Positions 1 through 9,003 of a stretch of DNA of 29,292 nt are shown in pieces (within the stretch, counting starts at the first letter, position 1; every line of letters starts with the position of its first letter). The notes below the pieces were generated by a model. The model did no database searches, was not told the origin of the DNA, and was given only the letters and a program-made list of their open reading frames with translations. A program made the translations under genes and the position numbers. This stretch comes from Nitrospinota bacterium (GTDB lineage: Bacteria; Nitrospinota; Nitrospinia; Nitrospinales; VA-1): contig JADFGI010000001.1 of assembly GCA_022567815.1 (NCBI GenBank), positions 1 through 29,292 of the forward strand. Direction: 5' to 3'.

Positions 1-94
1 AAATGGCGATTTGAACTTCCGACGAACCGGTATCCGTCTCATGTTTTCTGTAATCCGAAATGATGGTTGTTTTTACTTCCTTGTTTAACGGCAT
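1..94 (-). CDS. rpsO: 30S ribosomal protein S15, 5' part only (runs off window start)
   Basis: Manual translation from ATG at 94 gives MPLNKEVKTTIISDYRKHETDTGSSEVQIAI, with the S15 'HxxDTGSxEVQ' motif. AGGAG RBS at ~104-108; lies downstream of truB. Confidence 0.95.
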   Translation of the reverse strand, partial: MPLNKEVKTTIISDYRKHETDTGSSEVQIAI

Positions 95-122
95 GTTCTT
101 TTTCTCCTAAATGGGAAAACAT

Positions 123-367
123 GCTGAAAGACGATTGCTGAATGTTTTCGCAGAAAAGCTCGCTCCCGCGAGGGGGAAATTTTAAGGCTCCGTTCGCTTC
201 GCTCACCAGCCCTAAAAAACCTTAAACCCATCGCATGTAAATATTGGGTTCACTGTTACGCTGGCGTTTCGCTCACGAACCCAAAAAAACTTTGCACGGC
301 GTGAGCAAACTCGCCCTCCGCAGAGGAGTCGAACTTCCTTGCGAAAACATTCCAATCTTCCTTCAGC
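123..367 (-). promoter_or_regulatory. Long imperfect inverted repeat (~28 bp stem) upstream of rpsO; candidate structured leader
   Basis: 140-152 GAATGTTTTCGCA is the exact reverse complement of 340-352. 123-137 pairs with 353-367 at 13/15 (one G-U in the mRNA sense), with a 2-nt bulge between the two segments. Confidence 0.55.
159..328. repeat. Composite palindromic repeat, family A
   Basis: CTCGCTCCCGCGAGGGGGAAA..TTTAAGGCTCCG..GCTCAC.AGCCC is shared with 4521-4627. The TGCACGGCGTGAG..CGCCCTCCGC.GAGGAG tail is shared with 6847-6893 and 10884-10937. Confidence 0.8.
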
Positions 368-379
368 GTTCTAAAATGA

Positions 380-1312
380 TTAAATCAGCACTCGTTTCAG
401 TTTAAAAGCCACGTCCTCCGGGGCAAGCCGGGCATAAGCATCCTGATCGACAACGGGTTCCGCAATGGCGAGCAAATGGCTGTCGATATGGGAAACCCTT
501 AGATTCATCCCTGGTTGAAATCGGTTGGGAATAGTCTCTAAAGAGGATTTTGAGGGCGCGATACCATTGGCGATGGAATCGACAAAACTCTCTTTGATGC
601 GGATTTCCGGAAGAAAGTTGAGGGCCTTCTCTACAGGAATCAATTTGCTGGCTATACTTTCATCTGCAACCGCCGCTTCCAATACTTCCAGGGTCAGAGA
701 TGTTTCCTGATCAAAGTGCCCAACCCGATTTCTGACCAAGCGGCCCATATGGGCTTCACAGCCCATTTTCTGACCGGCATCGTAGCAAAGCGTTCGTATA
801 TAAGTTCCCGCAGAACATTGGACTTCAAAGCTAACCCGGTTTTCCTCTTTTTTCAGAAATTCGAGGGAATAAATCTGGATGGGAACAGGCTTTCTTTCGA
901 TAGTAATACCATTTCTGGCCAATTTGTAAAGTGGAATTCCCTGTTTCTTTTTGGCTGAAAACATAGGGGGAATCTGGTTTTGCTTGCCCAGGAAGCTCTT
1001 GAAAACGGAACGAATCTGCGCTTCAGAAATGTTTTCCGGGTTTCCTCCCGCCGCCGTTACTTTGCCCGTGGCGTCCTGGCTGTCCGTGGAGGTGCCCAGC
1101 ACCATTTCAGCGGTGTAAACCTTTGGCAGGGAAGATAGGAACTGAATGATCCGGGTCGATTTGCCGATGCAGATGGGTAGAACGCCTTCGGCCATCGGGT
1201 CCAGCGTTCCGATATGGCCTGCTTTTTTGACGCCAAGAATTTTTTTTACCGACAAAACCATCTTGAAAGAGGATGGTCCCCGGGGTTTATACAAATTTAC
1301 CACTTTATTCAA
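380..1312 (-). CDS. truB: tRNA pseudouridine(55) synthase
   Basis: KKAGHIGTLDPMAEGVL and CSAGTYIRTL motifs; TTG start overlaps the rbfA stop. Confidence 0.96.
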   Translation of the reverse strand: MNKVVNLYKPRGPSSFKMVLSVKKILGVKKAGHIGTLDPMAEGVLPICIGKSTRIIQFLSSLPKVYTAEMVLGTSTDSQDATGKVTAAGGNPENISEAQIRSVFKSFLGKQNQIPPMFSAKKKQGIPLYKLARNGITIERKPVPIQIYSLEFLKKEENRVSFEVQCSAGTYIRTLCYDAGQKMGCEAHMGRLVRNRVGHFDQETSLTLEVLEAAVADESIASKLIPVEKALNFLPEIRIKESFVDSIANGIAPSKSSLETIPNRFQPGMNLRVSHIDSHLLAIAEPVVDQDAYARLAPEDVAFKLKRVLI

Positions 1313-1649
1313 GGTGCAGATCCCTTAGAATTTTTGATATTTTATCCACCCGGTTCTGGGTATCGTCGTGCTTGAAATCGAGTTGCGGGATGTACCTCAA
1401 ATAAAGGTTTTTTCCCAGAAACTTGCGGATAAATCCTTTAGCGCTTATCAAGCCATCCATGGTGTTTTCCTTTTCCTCATCCGTTCCCATGACACTGACA
1501 TAAATATTTGCGTGTTTGAGATTGTCAGTGACATCCACCTGAGTGATGGTGGCAAACCCGATTCTTGGATCTTTCAATCCATGGTGAACCAACTTGGAAA
1601 TCTCTTCCAGAAGGAGTTCCTGGATTCTTTCGGATCGCTTGAACCGCAT
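1305..1649 (-). CDS. rbfA: Ribosome-binding factor A
   Basis: MRFKRSERIQ..LKDPRIGFATITQVDVT..RYIPQLDFKHD. Start placed at ATG 1649 rather than the ORF-track 1706. Confidence 0.95.
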   Translation of the reverse strand: MRFKRSERIQELLLEEISKLVHHGLKDPRIGFATITQVDVTDNLKHANIYVSVMGTDEEKENTMDGLISAKGFIRKFLGKNLYLRYIPQLDFKHDDTQNRVDKISKILRDLHLE

Positions 1650-1668
1650 GGCGCTATAATTCCTGTAT

Positions 1669-1974
1669 TCATTTTGGATTGAGGGTGCCCAGATGGATCG
1701 TTTCAATCTGGCAATCGGTAATTTCGGCCAAATTCATTTTATCTATTGATTCCACGACCTTGCTCATCAATCCATCCAGGTATTTATGATCCGAGCCCAC
1801 AGCGACAATTCCAATATGCAGGTTTTGCCAAACATCCTGATCTCCAATTTCCGCAATGGAGATATTGAATTTGTTCTTGACCCGGTCCTTGATCGATTTG
1901 GTGATCCGCCGTTTTCCCTTTAACGAATTATTTCCGTGCAGAAAAAACTTGATAGAGCAACAAACGACCTTCAT
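1669..1974 (-). CDS. DUF503 (YlxP-like) family protein
   Basis: NSLKGKRRITKSIKDRVKNKFNISIAEIGDQD pattern; typical position between infB and rbfA. Confidence 0.88.
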   Translation of the reverse strand: MKVVCCSIKFFLHGNNSLKGKRRITKSIKDRVKNKFNISIAEIGDQDVWQNLHIGIVAVGSDHKYLDGLMSKVVESIDKMNLAEITDCQIETIHLGTLNPK

Positions 1975-2036
1975 GAAACACTCGTTTGAAATTTATTCTA
2001 CAGGGGATTTCTAAAAATTAATATTTTTTGGCCTTT

Positions 2037-2081
2037 GCAATCGCCAACCCCTTAAAATAAGGGTTGGCTCATAGTCCGGGC
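2037..2081. repeat. Hairpin repeat, family C (inverted relative to 12819-12863)
   Basis: GCCAACCCCTTAAAATAAGGGTTGGC hairpin. The reverse complement aligns with 12819-12863 (GCC.GG.C.ATGAGC..CCCTTAT..AAGGG..GCGA.TTGC). Confidence 0.65.
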
Positions 2082-2105
2082 TGAATTTTTAGAGGAACCC
2101 TGCAA

Positions 2106-4484
2106 TCACGTCACCTCTTCGAGGATGAACGGCTCAATAATATCTCCCTGTTTCACATCCTGATATTTGTCCAAAGAGATGCCGCATTCATATCCTGAGA
2201 GGACTTCTTTCACATCTTCCTTAAACCGTCTTATGGAAGCGATTTTTCCCTGATAAACAACGACGCTGTCGCGGATAAGCCTTGCGTCCAGCAGGCGCTC
2301 TATTTTTCCTGAAACCACATGGCATCCGGCAATGGTACCCACCTTTGGAATCGTAAAGACCTCCCGTACCTCGGCCTTGCCGATAGTTCTTTCCGTGAAC
2401 TTGGGTTCCAAAAGGCCTTCCAGGGCTTTTTTCATGTCATCAATGGCGTCATAAATAATATTGTAAAGACGAATATCGACATTGTCCCTTGCGGCGAGCT
2501 GGGCGGCTTTATCTGTTGGCCGCACATTGAATCCAATAATGATGGCATTGGAAGCGGTTGAGAGCAGAACATCAGATTCGGTGATGCCTCCCACCCCATC
2601 ATGAATCACCTTGATGCGGACTTCATCGGATTCCAGTTTTGAAAATGCTTCTTGCACCGCATGGATCGACCCTTGAACATCGGCCTTGATAATCAGGTTG
2701 AGTTCTTTAATTTTTCCTTCGACGATTTGCTGATGCAGGTCGTCCATAGTGATACGAGAGGATTGCGCCAGGATGGATTCTCTTTGCCGTTGCAGTTTTA
2801 AATTGCTGAGCTGGCGCGCTTTCTTTTCATCCTGTACCACCATGAATTCATCGCCGGGTTGGGGAACGTCGGGAAGCCCGACCACTTCCACGGGGGTGGC
2901 AGGGGGCGCTTGCAAGATTTTACTGCCATTGTCACTTATAAGAGCCCGGACTTTGCCAAAATAGCACCCCACAATGAATGGATCGCCAATTTTTAACGTT
3001 CCTTTTTGTATGATCAGTGTGGCAACAGGTCCCCGTCCTTTATCCAGCTTTGATTCTATGACCGCAGCTCTGGCTTTCACCTTGGGATTAACCTTGAGGT
3101 CCATGATTTCCGCCTGCAATAGAATCATTTCCAAAAGATGGTCGATCCCGGTTTTTTGCAAAGCGGAGACTTCCGTGAAAATGGTTTGTCCACCCCAATC
3201 TTCCGGCAACAATCCTTGATCGGCCAGTTGTTTTTTAACCTCATCGGGTTTGGCGTCGGCCTTGTCAATTTTGTTGATCGCCACCAAAATGGGAACACCT
3301 GCCGCATTGGCATGGTCGATGGCTTCTTTGGTCTGCGGTTTGATCCCATCATCCGCCGCGACGACGAGAACGACAATATCCGTCACCTGAACGCCACGGG
3401 CACGCATGGCAGTGAACGCTTCATGACCCGGAGTGTCAAGAAACGTGATAAGCGATCCTTTGATTTTAGCCTGATAAGCGCCTATATGCTGGGTGATACC
3501 GCCTGCTTCTTGTTTTGCCAGGTTGGTTTCCCGGATGGCATCCAACAGGGAAGTTTTCCCGTGATCCACATGTCCCATGATCGTCACAATGGGAGCCCTG
3601 TGAACCCGGTCTTTTTCCAAGTCTTCCTCTTCTTCTTCAAAACCTATTTCTGATTCCGGTGTGACCAGTATTACCTCAAACCCTCGCTGGTCCGCCACTT
3701 TGCTGGCGACATCAAAATCGAGGCTTTGGTTGATCGTGGTCATGATTCCCAGGCCCATTAAATTCATGATGATGTCGTTGGCAGCGCACTTCAGTTTATC
3801 AGCCAAGTCACGAACATGAATATTGGGAGGAATTTCCACGGTTTCAAAAGTTTCCTCTTCTACTTCTTGCGGTTCTGTTGGAGGAGGTTCTTTTGCTGCC
3901 ACCGGAGGTTGGGATTTTTCTCGGACAGGTTTGGGCTTTTTGGTTTTTTCCTTGGCAGGTTTTGGAGCGGCTTTTGGTTTTTTTGCCGCCGCTTTAGGCT
4001 TGTCTTCCTTTTTGACGATTTTCAAACCATGTTTTTTTGGTGCTTTCGCTGGTTCTGCTTCCGCGACGGCTTTTATTTCAGTGGGTTTTTCCGTTTTGGA
4101 GATTATCCTGGTTGTGGGTTTTAGGTCTAAAAGAGGTGTGAGTTCACTTTTTTCCGAGGAGAATTTTTTCTTGATAGCTGTTTTAGCAGTTGTCTTTGGT
4201 TCTGCTTTTATTACGGTTTTGGCTTTTGCTTTGACGGGGGCCTTGATTACTTTTTTCGCGGCGGTTTTTATAGTGATTTTTATTTTTGCCTTGACCGCTT
4301 TAGCTTTCATGTTGACGGCGGCAAACTCAGGATCGAACAACTCACGGATAAAATCTGCGGTTTCTCCCTCAATGGAACTCATATAATTTTTGACCGGGAT
4401 GTCTTTTTCATGCAAGGCATCAATAATCTGGTCATTTTGAATATTGAGCTCCAACGCTAATTTATTTATGCGAATTTTTGCCAA
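2106..4484 (-). CDS. infB: Translation initiation factor IF-2
   Basis: G-domain [32 protein letters not shown] start with an AAGGAG RBS at ~4492-4497. Confidence 0.98.
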   Translation of the reverse strand: MAKIRINKLALELNIQNDQIIDALHEKDIPVKNYMSSIEGETADFIRELFDPEFAAVNMKAKAVKAKIKITIKTAAKKVIKAPVKAKAKTVIKAEPKTTAKTAIKKKFSSEKSELTPLLDLKPTTRIISKTEKPTEIKAVAEAEPAKAPKKHGLKIVKKEDKPKAAAKKPKAAPKPAKEKTKKPKPVREKSQPPVAAKEPPPTEPQEVEEETFETVEIPPNIHVRDLADKLKCAANDIIMNLMGLGIMTTINQSLDFDVASKVADQRGFEVILVTPESEIGFEEEEEDLEKDRVHRAPIVTIMGHVDHGKTSLLDAIRETNLAKQEAGGITQHIGAYQAKIKGSLITFLDTPGHEAFTAMRARGVQVTDIVVLVVAADDGIKPQTKEAIDHANAAGVPILVAINKIDKADAKPDEVKKQLADQGLLPEDWGGQTIFTEVSALQKTGIDHLLEMILLQAEIMDLKVNPKVKARAAVIESKLDKGRGPVATLIIQKGTLKIGDPFIVGCYFGKVRALISDNGSKILQAPPATPVEVVGLPDVPQPGDEFMVVQDEKKARQLSNLKLQRQRESILAQSSRITMDDLHQQIVEGKIKELNLIIKADVQGSIHAVQEAFSKLESDEVRIKVIHDGVGGITESDVLLSTASNAIIIGFNVRPTDKAAQLAARDNVDIRLYNIIYDAIDDMKKALEGLLEPKFTERTIGKAEVREVFTIPKVGTIAGCHVVSGKIERLLDARLIRDSVVVYQGKIASIRRFKEDVKEVLSGYECGISLDKYQDVKQGDIIEPFILEEVT

Positions 4485-4520
4485 CTAATATCTCCTTATA
4501 ATTCAAAAACGGCGTCACAA

Positions 4521-4627
4521 CTCGCTCCCGCGAGGGGGAAAGTTTAAGGCTCCGCTCACTTTGCTCACGAGCCCCGAAAAGCCATAAATTCCTAGTGCGT
4601 TAATATTTGATCCAGCCCATCGGCTGG
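4521..4627. repeat. Composite palindromic repeat, family A, in the nusA-infB spacer
   Basis: Near-identical 5' part to 159-215; ends in the CCAGCC-CATC-GGCTGG hairpin module. Confidence 0.8.
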
Positions 4628-4632
4628 TCGAA

Positions 4633-6270
4633 CTAATCCAGATCACCTATCCGCTGTTTAGCCTGCTCAAGGATTGATTTGGCAATCTCCTCATCAATAC
4701 CTGCAATGGCCAGCAGTTCTTCCAGCGGAGTGACCGACAGTTCCTCAAGAGTTTGAAATTCGTTTTGTTTTAATATTTCTATTACGTTGGGGTCAATATT
4801 CGCGAGTTCATCGACCGGAATATCATGATCTTCATCCTCTTCGGCGGTCGCTTCCCTCGCTTCAGATTCCACGACGGCATCTTCACTTGTCTCTTCTTTT
4901 GCTTTTGCCGCATCGTCGATCAATCCTTCGGAACTTTCAGGAGCCTCGGATTTTTCGCCTTCCAAAGGAGTTTCAACTTGAGGTTCTTCAAGAGGTTTGC
5001 TTTTGTGCTCTTCAGCCAGTTTGAGAATGGCCGTGGCTTTTTTGGGGCCAATGCCGGGCAATGCGGTCAATCCCTTCATCCCCAGATTCAATGCCCTATC
5101 AAAGGATACGACATCGCCGGCAAAGAGAGCGGCCATGATTTTTTCGCCCAACCCCTTGGTCTCCTTAACCAGGTCCAAAAAGTCTGCTCCATCGACAGGT
5201 TTTTTGGGCGCAAAGAGCCCCGACGATGCCCCTAGGTCAACAGCTTCTCCCTGGCCTTTGATATCTATTCTCCATTTGACCAGCTTGGCGGCAAGGCGCA
5301 CATTTTGTCCCTTTTTGCCAATGGCAAGGGACATCTGATCATCCGCTACGATGATGGTCATATGTCTTTCGGACTCGTTGACGATGATCCGGGATATTTT
5401 AGCCGGGCTGAGTGCGTTTCTGATAAACACCTCAGGGTCCTCGGAGAATTCGACGATATCAATTTTTTCTCCGCGCAGTTCCTGGACGATAGATTGGACC
5501 CGCATCCCCCGCATTCCTACACAGGCGCCTACGGCGTCAATGTCCCGATCGTTGGTTTTGACAGCGATCTTGGTGCGTCCGTTGGGCTCCCGGACAATGC
5601 CCATGATATCGACCATGCCTTCGCTGATTTCCGGAACTTCCATCTCGAAGAGACGCTGGATCAACCCTGTGTGGGTCCGCGACAGGATGACCATAGCATT
5701 TTTTGAAGTTTTCCGTATATCCAGGATGTAGGCGCGAATGCGTTCTCCACGGTTGAATGTTTCCCGAAACACCTGCTCCCGCCGGGGCAAAATTCCTTCT
5801 GCTTTTCCAAGATCGACAATAAGGTCTCCATGCTCGTGCCGTTGCATGATGCCATTAATCAGTTCACCTTTTTTATCTTTAAAGTCGTTGAAAATAACAT
5901 CGACTTCCGCCTCACGCACTTTCTGAATAATGACTTGTTTTGCCAGTTGGGCGGCGATTCTTCCATAGTCCTGCAAAACCTGTTGCACCAGCACCTGTTC
6001 GCCAAGTTCCACCTCCGGAGCTATTGACTGGGCTTCCTCCAGGCTTATTTCCTCGTCAGGCTGAGCGACTTCTTCCACGACGGTTTTTTCGGCAAAGATT
6101 TCAACTTCGCCGGTTTCTTCATTGAACTCGCTGTGGAGTTCTTTGACCATGGGCATGCGCTTGCGGGCGGCGGCTTCCACCGCGGCTTTCAGGGCGTCGA
6201 TCAAAACGCTTTTTTCCAGGCCCTTTTCACGGGCGATTTGTTCAAGCAGGCTGGTGGTTTCGGAGCTCAT
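4633..6270 (-). CDS. nusA: Transcription termination/antitermination factor NusA with extended acidic C-terminus
   Basis: GRIAAQLAKQVIIQKVREAE; S1 and KH domains (GACVGMRGMRV, SLAIGKKGQNVRLA); C-terminal helix-hairpin-helix-like repeats (LPGIGPKKA, IAGIDEEIA). Confidence 0.97.
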   Translation of the reverse strand: MSSETTSLLEQIAREKGLEKSVLIDALKAAVEAAARKRMPMVKELHSEFNEETGEVEIFAEKTVVEEVAQPDEEISLEEAQSIAPEVELGEQVLVQQVLQDYGRIAAQLAKQVIIQKVREAEVDVIFNDFKDKKGELINGIMQRHEHGDLIVDLGKAEGILPRREQVFRETFNRGERIRAYILDIRKTSKNAMVILSRTHTGLIQRLFEMEVPEISEGMVDIMGIVREPNGRTKIAVKTNDRDIDAVGACVGMRGMRVQSIVQELRGEKIDIVEFSEDPEVFIRNALSPAKISRIIVNESERHMTIIVADDQMSLAIGKKGQNVRLAAKLVKWRIDIKGQGEAVDLGASSGLFAPKKPVDGADFLDLVKETKGLGEKIMAALFAGDVVSFDRALNLGMKGLTALPGIGPKKATAILKLAEEHKSKPLEEPQVETPLEGEKSEAPESSEGLIDDAAKAKEETSEDAVVESEAREATAEEDEDHDIPVDELANIDPNVIEILKQNEFQTLEELSVTPLEELLAIAGIDEEIAKSILEQAKQRIGDLD

Positions 6271-6280
6271 GGTTCAAGTC

Positions 6281-6757
6281 TTAAAATTCAATGATTGGTT
6301 TGGCTTGTGAAATTTTATCCAGAGAAATTTCTATGGATACGCCCTCTTCATCCAGAAAAAGGATTTTGTTTTTACAGTCCTGGATAGTCCCGCGAAAATT
6401 TTTTCGGTTTTCCATGGGAGAAAATGTTTTAACCTTTATCGCTTTGTTCTTAAATCGCAAAAAATCTTTTTCCTTTTTTAAAGGCCTGTCCAAACCCGGT
6501 GACGAGACCTCCAGGACAAAAGGGTTGGAGATAAGATCGTCAATTTCTATCATGTCTCCAACTTGACGGCTGACTTTTTTACAGTCATCCACGGTAACTC
6601 CCTGATCACTATCAATAAAGATTCGCAAAGTCCATGTTTTGCCCAGTTTTTTGTATTCCACATCCACCAAGTCCAGGGCTTCGTCATTAATGACGGGTTC
6701 AACTATCTCAATGATGGAATCTATAACCGAGGTTTTAGTCATAGTCATCAACAGCAA
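6281..6757 (-). CDS. rimP: Ribosome maturation factor RimP
   Basis: LRIFIDSDQGVTVDDCKKVS and LEVSSPGLDRPL motifs; directly upstream of nusA. Exact start uncertain (several Met codons). Confidence 0.95.
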   Translation of the reverse strand: MLLMTMTKTSVIDSIIEIVEPVINDEALDLVDVEYKKLGKTWTLRIFIDSDQGVTVDDCKKVSRQVGDMIEIDDLISNPFVLEVSSPGLDRPLKKEKDFLRFKNKAIKVKTFSPMENRKNFRGTIQDCKNKILFLDEEGVSIEISLDKISQAKPIIEF

Positions 6758-6846
6758 GAGGATAATTTACGATCCGTATCAAGTGTACTTGGGGACGAAA
6801 AAACTTCCAACCCAAACGAGAGAACGCTGATCGTTGTGAGCAGTTG

Positions 6847-6893
6847 CCCCTCCCGCGAGGAACGGCGTGAGTAAATTCGCCCTCCACTAAAGG
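6847..6893. repeat. Partial family A repeat (tail module)
   Basis: CCCGCGAGG..ACGGCGTGAGTAAATTCGCCCTCC resembles 295-328 and 10884-10937. Confidence 0.6.
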
Positions 6894-6923
6894 AATTTTA
6901 TCAATTATCGCTCCGCCGATGGT

Positions 6924-6954
6924 AAAAAAAAATGCGGGTTAAAAAACCCGCATT
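6924..6954 (-). terminator. Intrinsic terminator-like hairpin in the rimP leader
   Basis: Perfect 10-bp stem AATGCGGGTT-N4-AACCCGCATT, followed by a U-tract on the minus strand (A-run at 6924-6932). Confidence 0.75.
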
Positions 6955-6983
6955 CCGCCTACGAGCTATAAATTTCAAATAGA

Positions 6984-7012
6984 ATTTTACTAAAAGGGTC
7001 CTTGCGTTGCAA
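6984..7012 (-). promoter_or_regulatory. sigma70-type promoter for rimP-nusA-infB
   Basis: Minus strand TTGCAA (7012-7007), 17-nt spacer, TAAAAT (6989-6984). Confidence 0.6.
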
Positions 7013-7040
7013 GGGAAATTTTCGCCATACCGCAGATAGA

Positions 7041-8756
7041 TCAGGAAAGCAGGCCATTCAAAATCGCAGGAATATTTTCCAGAACTCCGGGGAAATCGTG
7101 AAGTTCAGATGTGTTTGTTTTCCTTATCTTTATTTCCACTTTTCCGGCCTCAAGATTTTTGGGGCCAATAATTATTTGCAAAGGGATGCCCAGAAGATCG
7201 GCGTCGTTTAACTTGACTCCCAGCCGGTCAGGCCGGTCGTCGAGCAAAACCTCAATATTCTTCTCCTGTAAATTCCTGTAGGCCGAATCACTGGCATTTT
7301 TTACGGCTTCCTGGGAATAATTTGTCGGGATGATGTGAACCGCAAAAGGGGCGATGGGAACCGGCCAAATGATTCCCTTTTCGTCATGATTCTGCTCAAT
7401 GGCGGCGGCGGCGGTCCGCCCCACGCCTACTCCGTAACACCCCATAACCATTGGTCTTTCCTTTCCGTTCGGATCGAGAAACAAGGCTTTCATGGATTTG
7501 CTGTATTTGGTTCCCAAAATGAAAATGTGGCCCACTTCAATGCCGCGTTTCACCTGGTAGGTTCCCGAGGGGCATCGCGGACAGGGTTCGCCCTCCATCA
7601 CCTTACGGATATCGGCGATCTTTTCGGCCTGGAAGTCCCGGTTTATCTGAACTCCAGTGAAATGGGCGTCTGTTTTATTGGCTCCGGTGACGAAATTTTT
7701 CAACGCCCCGACTTCCCGATCGGCATAAACTTTCAATTTTAATCCCACGGGCCCGACAAACCCGCAGGGGATACCGGTTTCCTCGGATATCGTTTTTGCG
7801 TCCGCAGGGCGAACCCATTCCGCGCCAATCAGGTTTTTTAGTTTGGTGGGGTTGATTTCGCGGTCGCCGCGCACCAGACCGGCGATCAGGCCCTGATCGG
7901 AATCGAGCACAATGGTTTTAACGATCTGCTTGGAGGAGACGGATAAATACTCGGCAACTTCTTTAACGGATTTTTTACCGGGAGTGGAAATCTCCTTCAA
8001 ATCATCCAATTTGGGGTTGTCATCATCGGGGGAGGGGGCTTTGGCTTCGGCCAGTTCTAAATTGGAGGCGTAATCGCAGGAATCACAAAATCCTATGTGA
8101 TCTTCTCCCGACTCTGCCAGAACGGCAAACTCATGGGATAAATTTCCGCCGATGGTTCCGGAATCGGCTTCGACCATTTTAAATCTCAACCCGCACCGTT
8201 TGAATATGTTTGCATAGGCGCCGGCCATTTTTTGATAAGTTTCCCTGGCAGACGCGTCATCGGCGTGAAAGCTGTAGGCGTCCTTCATCATGAACTCGCG
8301 TCCGCGCATGATGCCGTATCGGGGTCGGACCTCATCCCTGAACTTGGTTTGGATTTGGTACAAAATCAGCGGCAACTTCTTGTAGGACTTGACCTCTTTT
8401 CTCACAATATCGGTGATGATTTCCTCGTGGGTGGGGCCGTAGCAGAATTCCCGGCCATGACGATCCTTGAATCTTAAAAGCTCTTTGCCATAAAAATCCC
8501 ATCTGCCGCTTTCCTGCCATAGCTCGGCGGGTTGGATGCTGGGAAGGAAGGTTTCCTGACCGTCAATGCGGTTCATTTCTTCGCGGATAATCTGTTCGAC
8601 TTTTCTGAGTACCCGGAGTCCCAGGGGGAGAATGGAATAAATCCCTGATGCCACCTGACGGATCATTCCTGCCCGCACCATCAATTTGTGGCTGACGACC
8701 TCCGCATCGGCAGGAGATTCTTTGAGCGTGGGAATAAACATCTTCGAGTAACGCAT
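7041..8756 (-). CDS. proS: Proline--tRNA ligase (bacterial type with INS editing domain)
   Basis: ELWQESGRW, GPTHEE, TKFRDEVRPRYGIMRGREFMMKDAYSFH, RGIEVGHIF, MGCYGVGVGR. Confidence 0.98.
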   Translation of the reverse strand: MRYSKMFIPTLKESPADAEVVSHKLMVRAGMIRQVASGIYSILPLGLRVLRKVEQIIREEMNRIDGQETFLPSIQPAELWQESGRWDFYGKELLRFKDRHGREFCYGPTHEEIITDIVRKEVKSYKKLPLILYQIQTKFRDEVRPRYGIMRGREFMMKDAYSFHADDASARETYQKMAGAYANIFKRCGLRFKMVEADSGTIGGNLSHEFAVLAESGEDHIGFCDSCDYASNLELAEAKAPSPDDDNPKLDDLKEISTPGKKSVKEVAEYLSVSSKQIVKTIVLDSDQGLIAGLVRGDREINPTKLKNLIGAEWVRPADAKTISEETGIPCGFVGPVGLKLKVYADREVGALKNFVTGANKTDAHFTGVQINRDFQAEKIADIRKVMEGEPCPRCPSGTYQVKRGIEVGHIFILGTKYSKSMKALFLDPNGKERPMVMGCYGVGVGRTAAAAIEQNHDEKGIIWPVPIAPFAVHIIPTNYSQEAVKNASDSAYRNLQEKNIEVLLDDRPDRLGVKLNDADLLGIPLQIIIGPKNLEAGKVEIKIRKTNTSELHDFPGVLENIPAILNGLLS

Positions 8757-8770
8757 AAAACTTCTTTCTT

Positions 8771-8835
8771 CCCCGCTACGCGGGAGGAACAGCCTGCTAC
8801 GCAGGAGGGCTGACGCTCGCTACGCTCACCAGCCC
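8771..8835. repeat. Family A repeat (YAC-loop hairpin variant)
   Basis: CCCCGCTACGCGGGAGGAACAGCCTGCTACGCAGGAGGGCTGACGCTCGCTACGCTCACCAGCCC is nearly identical to 17310-17375 and 17430-17496. Confidence 0.85.
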
Positions 8836-8851
8836 GGAGAACCGTAATTCT

Positions 8852-8924
8852 CGTCATCGCGAGCCGCTATCAGCGGCGCGGTGATCCAGAGACTCTGGAT
8901 CGCTTCGCTTTGCTCGCAATGACG
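8852..8924. repeat. CGTC-type REP-like dimer
   Basis: Starts CGTCATCGCGAG and ends CTCGCAATGACG; internal GATCCAGAG/CTCTGGATC palindrome. Confidence 0.65.
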
Positions 8925-8956
8925 CGAAGTGGCTAGTGCTAAACACGGTATATTTA

Positions 8957-8983
8957 GTAGGGCAGGCTTTCCAGCCTGCCTAC
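8957..8983. repeat. GTAG-type REP-like palindrome
   Basis: GTAG-GGCAGGCT-TTCC-AGCCTGCC-TAC. Confidence 0.6.
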
Positions 8984-9003
8984 TTCAAATGAAGGATGTT
9001 GTT

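Noticed and set aside
4485-4632. Absence of ylxR/ylxQ between nusA and infB, and of ribF between truB and rpsO
   Set aside because: These losses or relocations are common across bacteria and not informative from one window.
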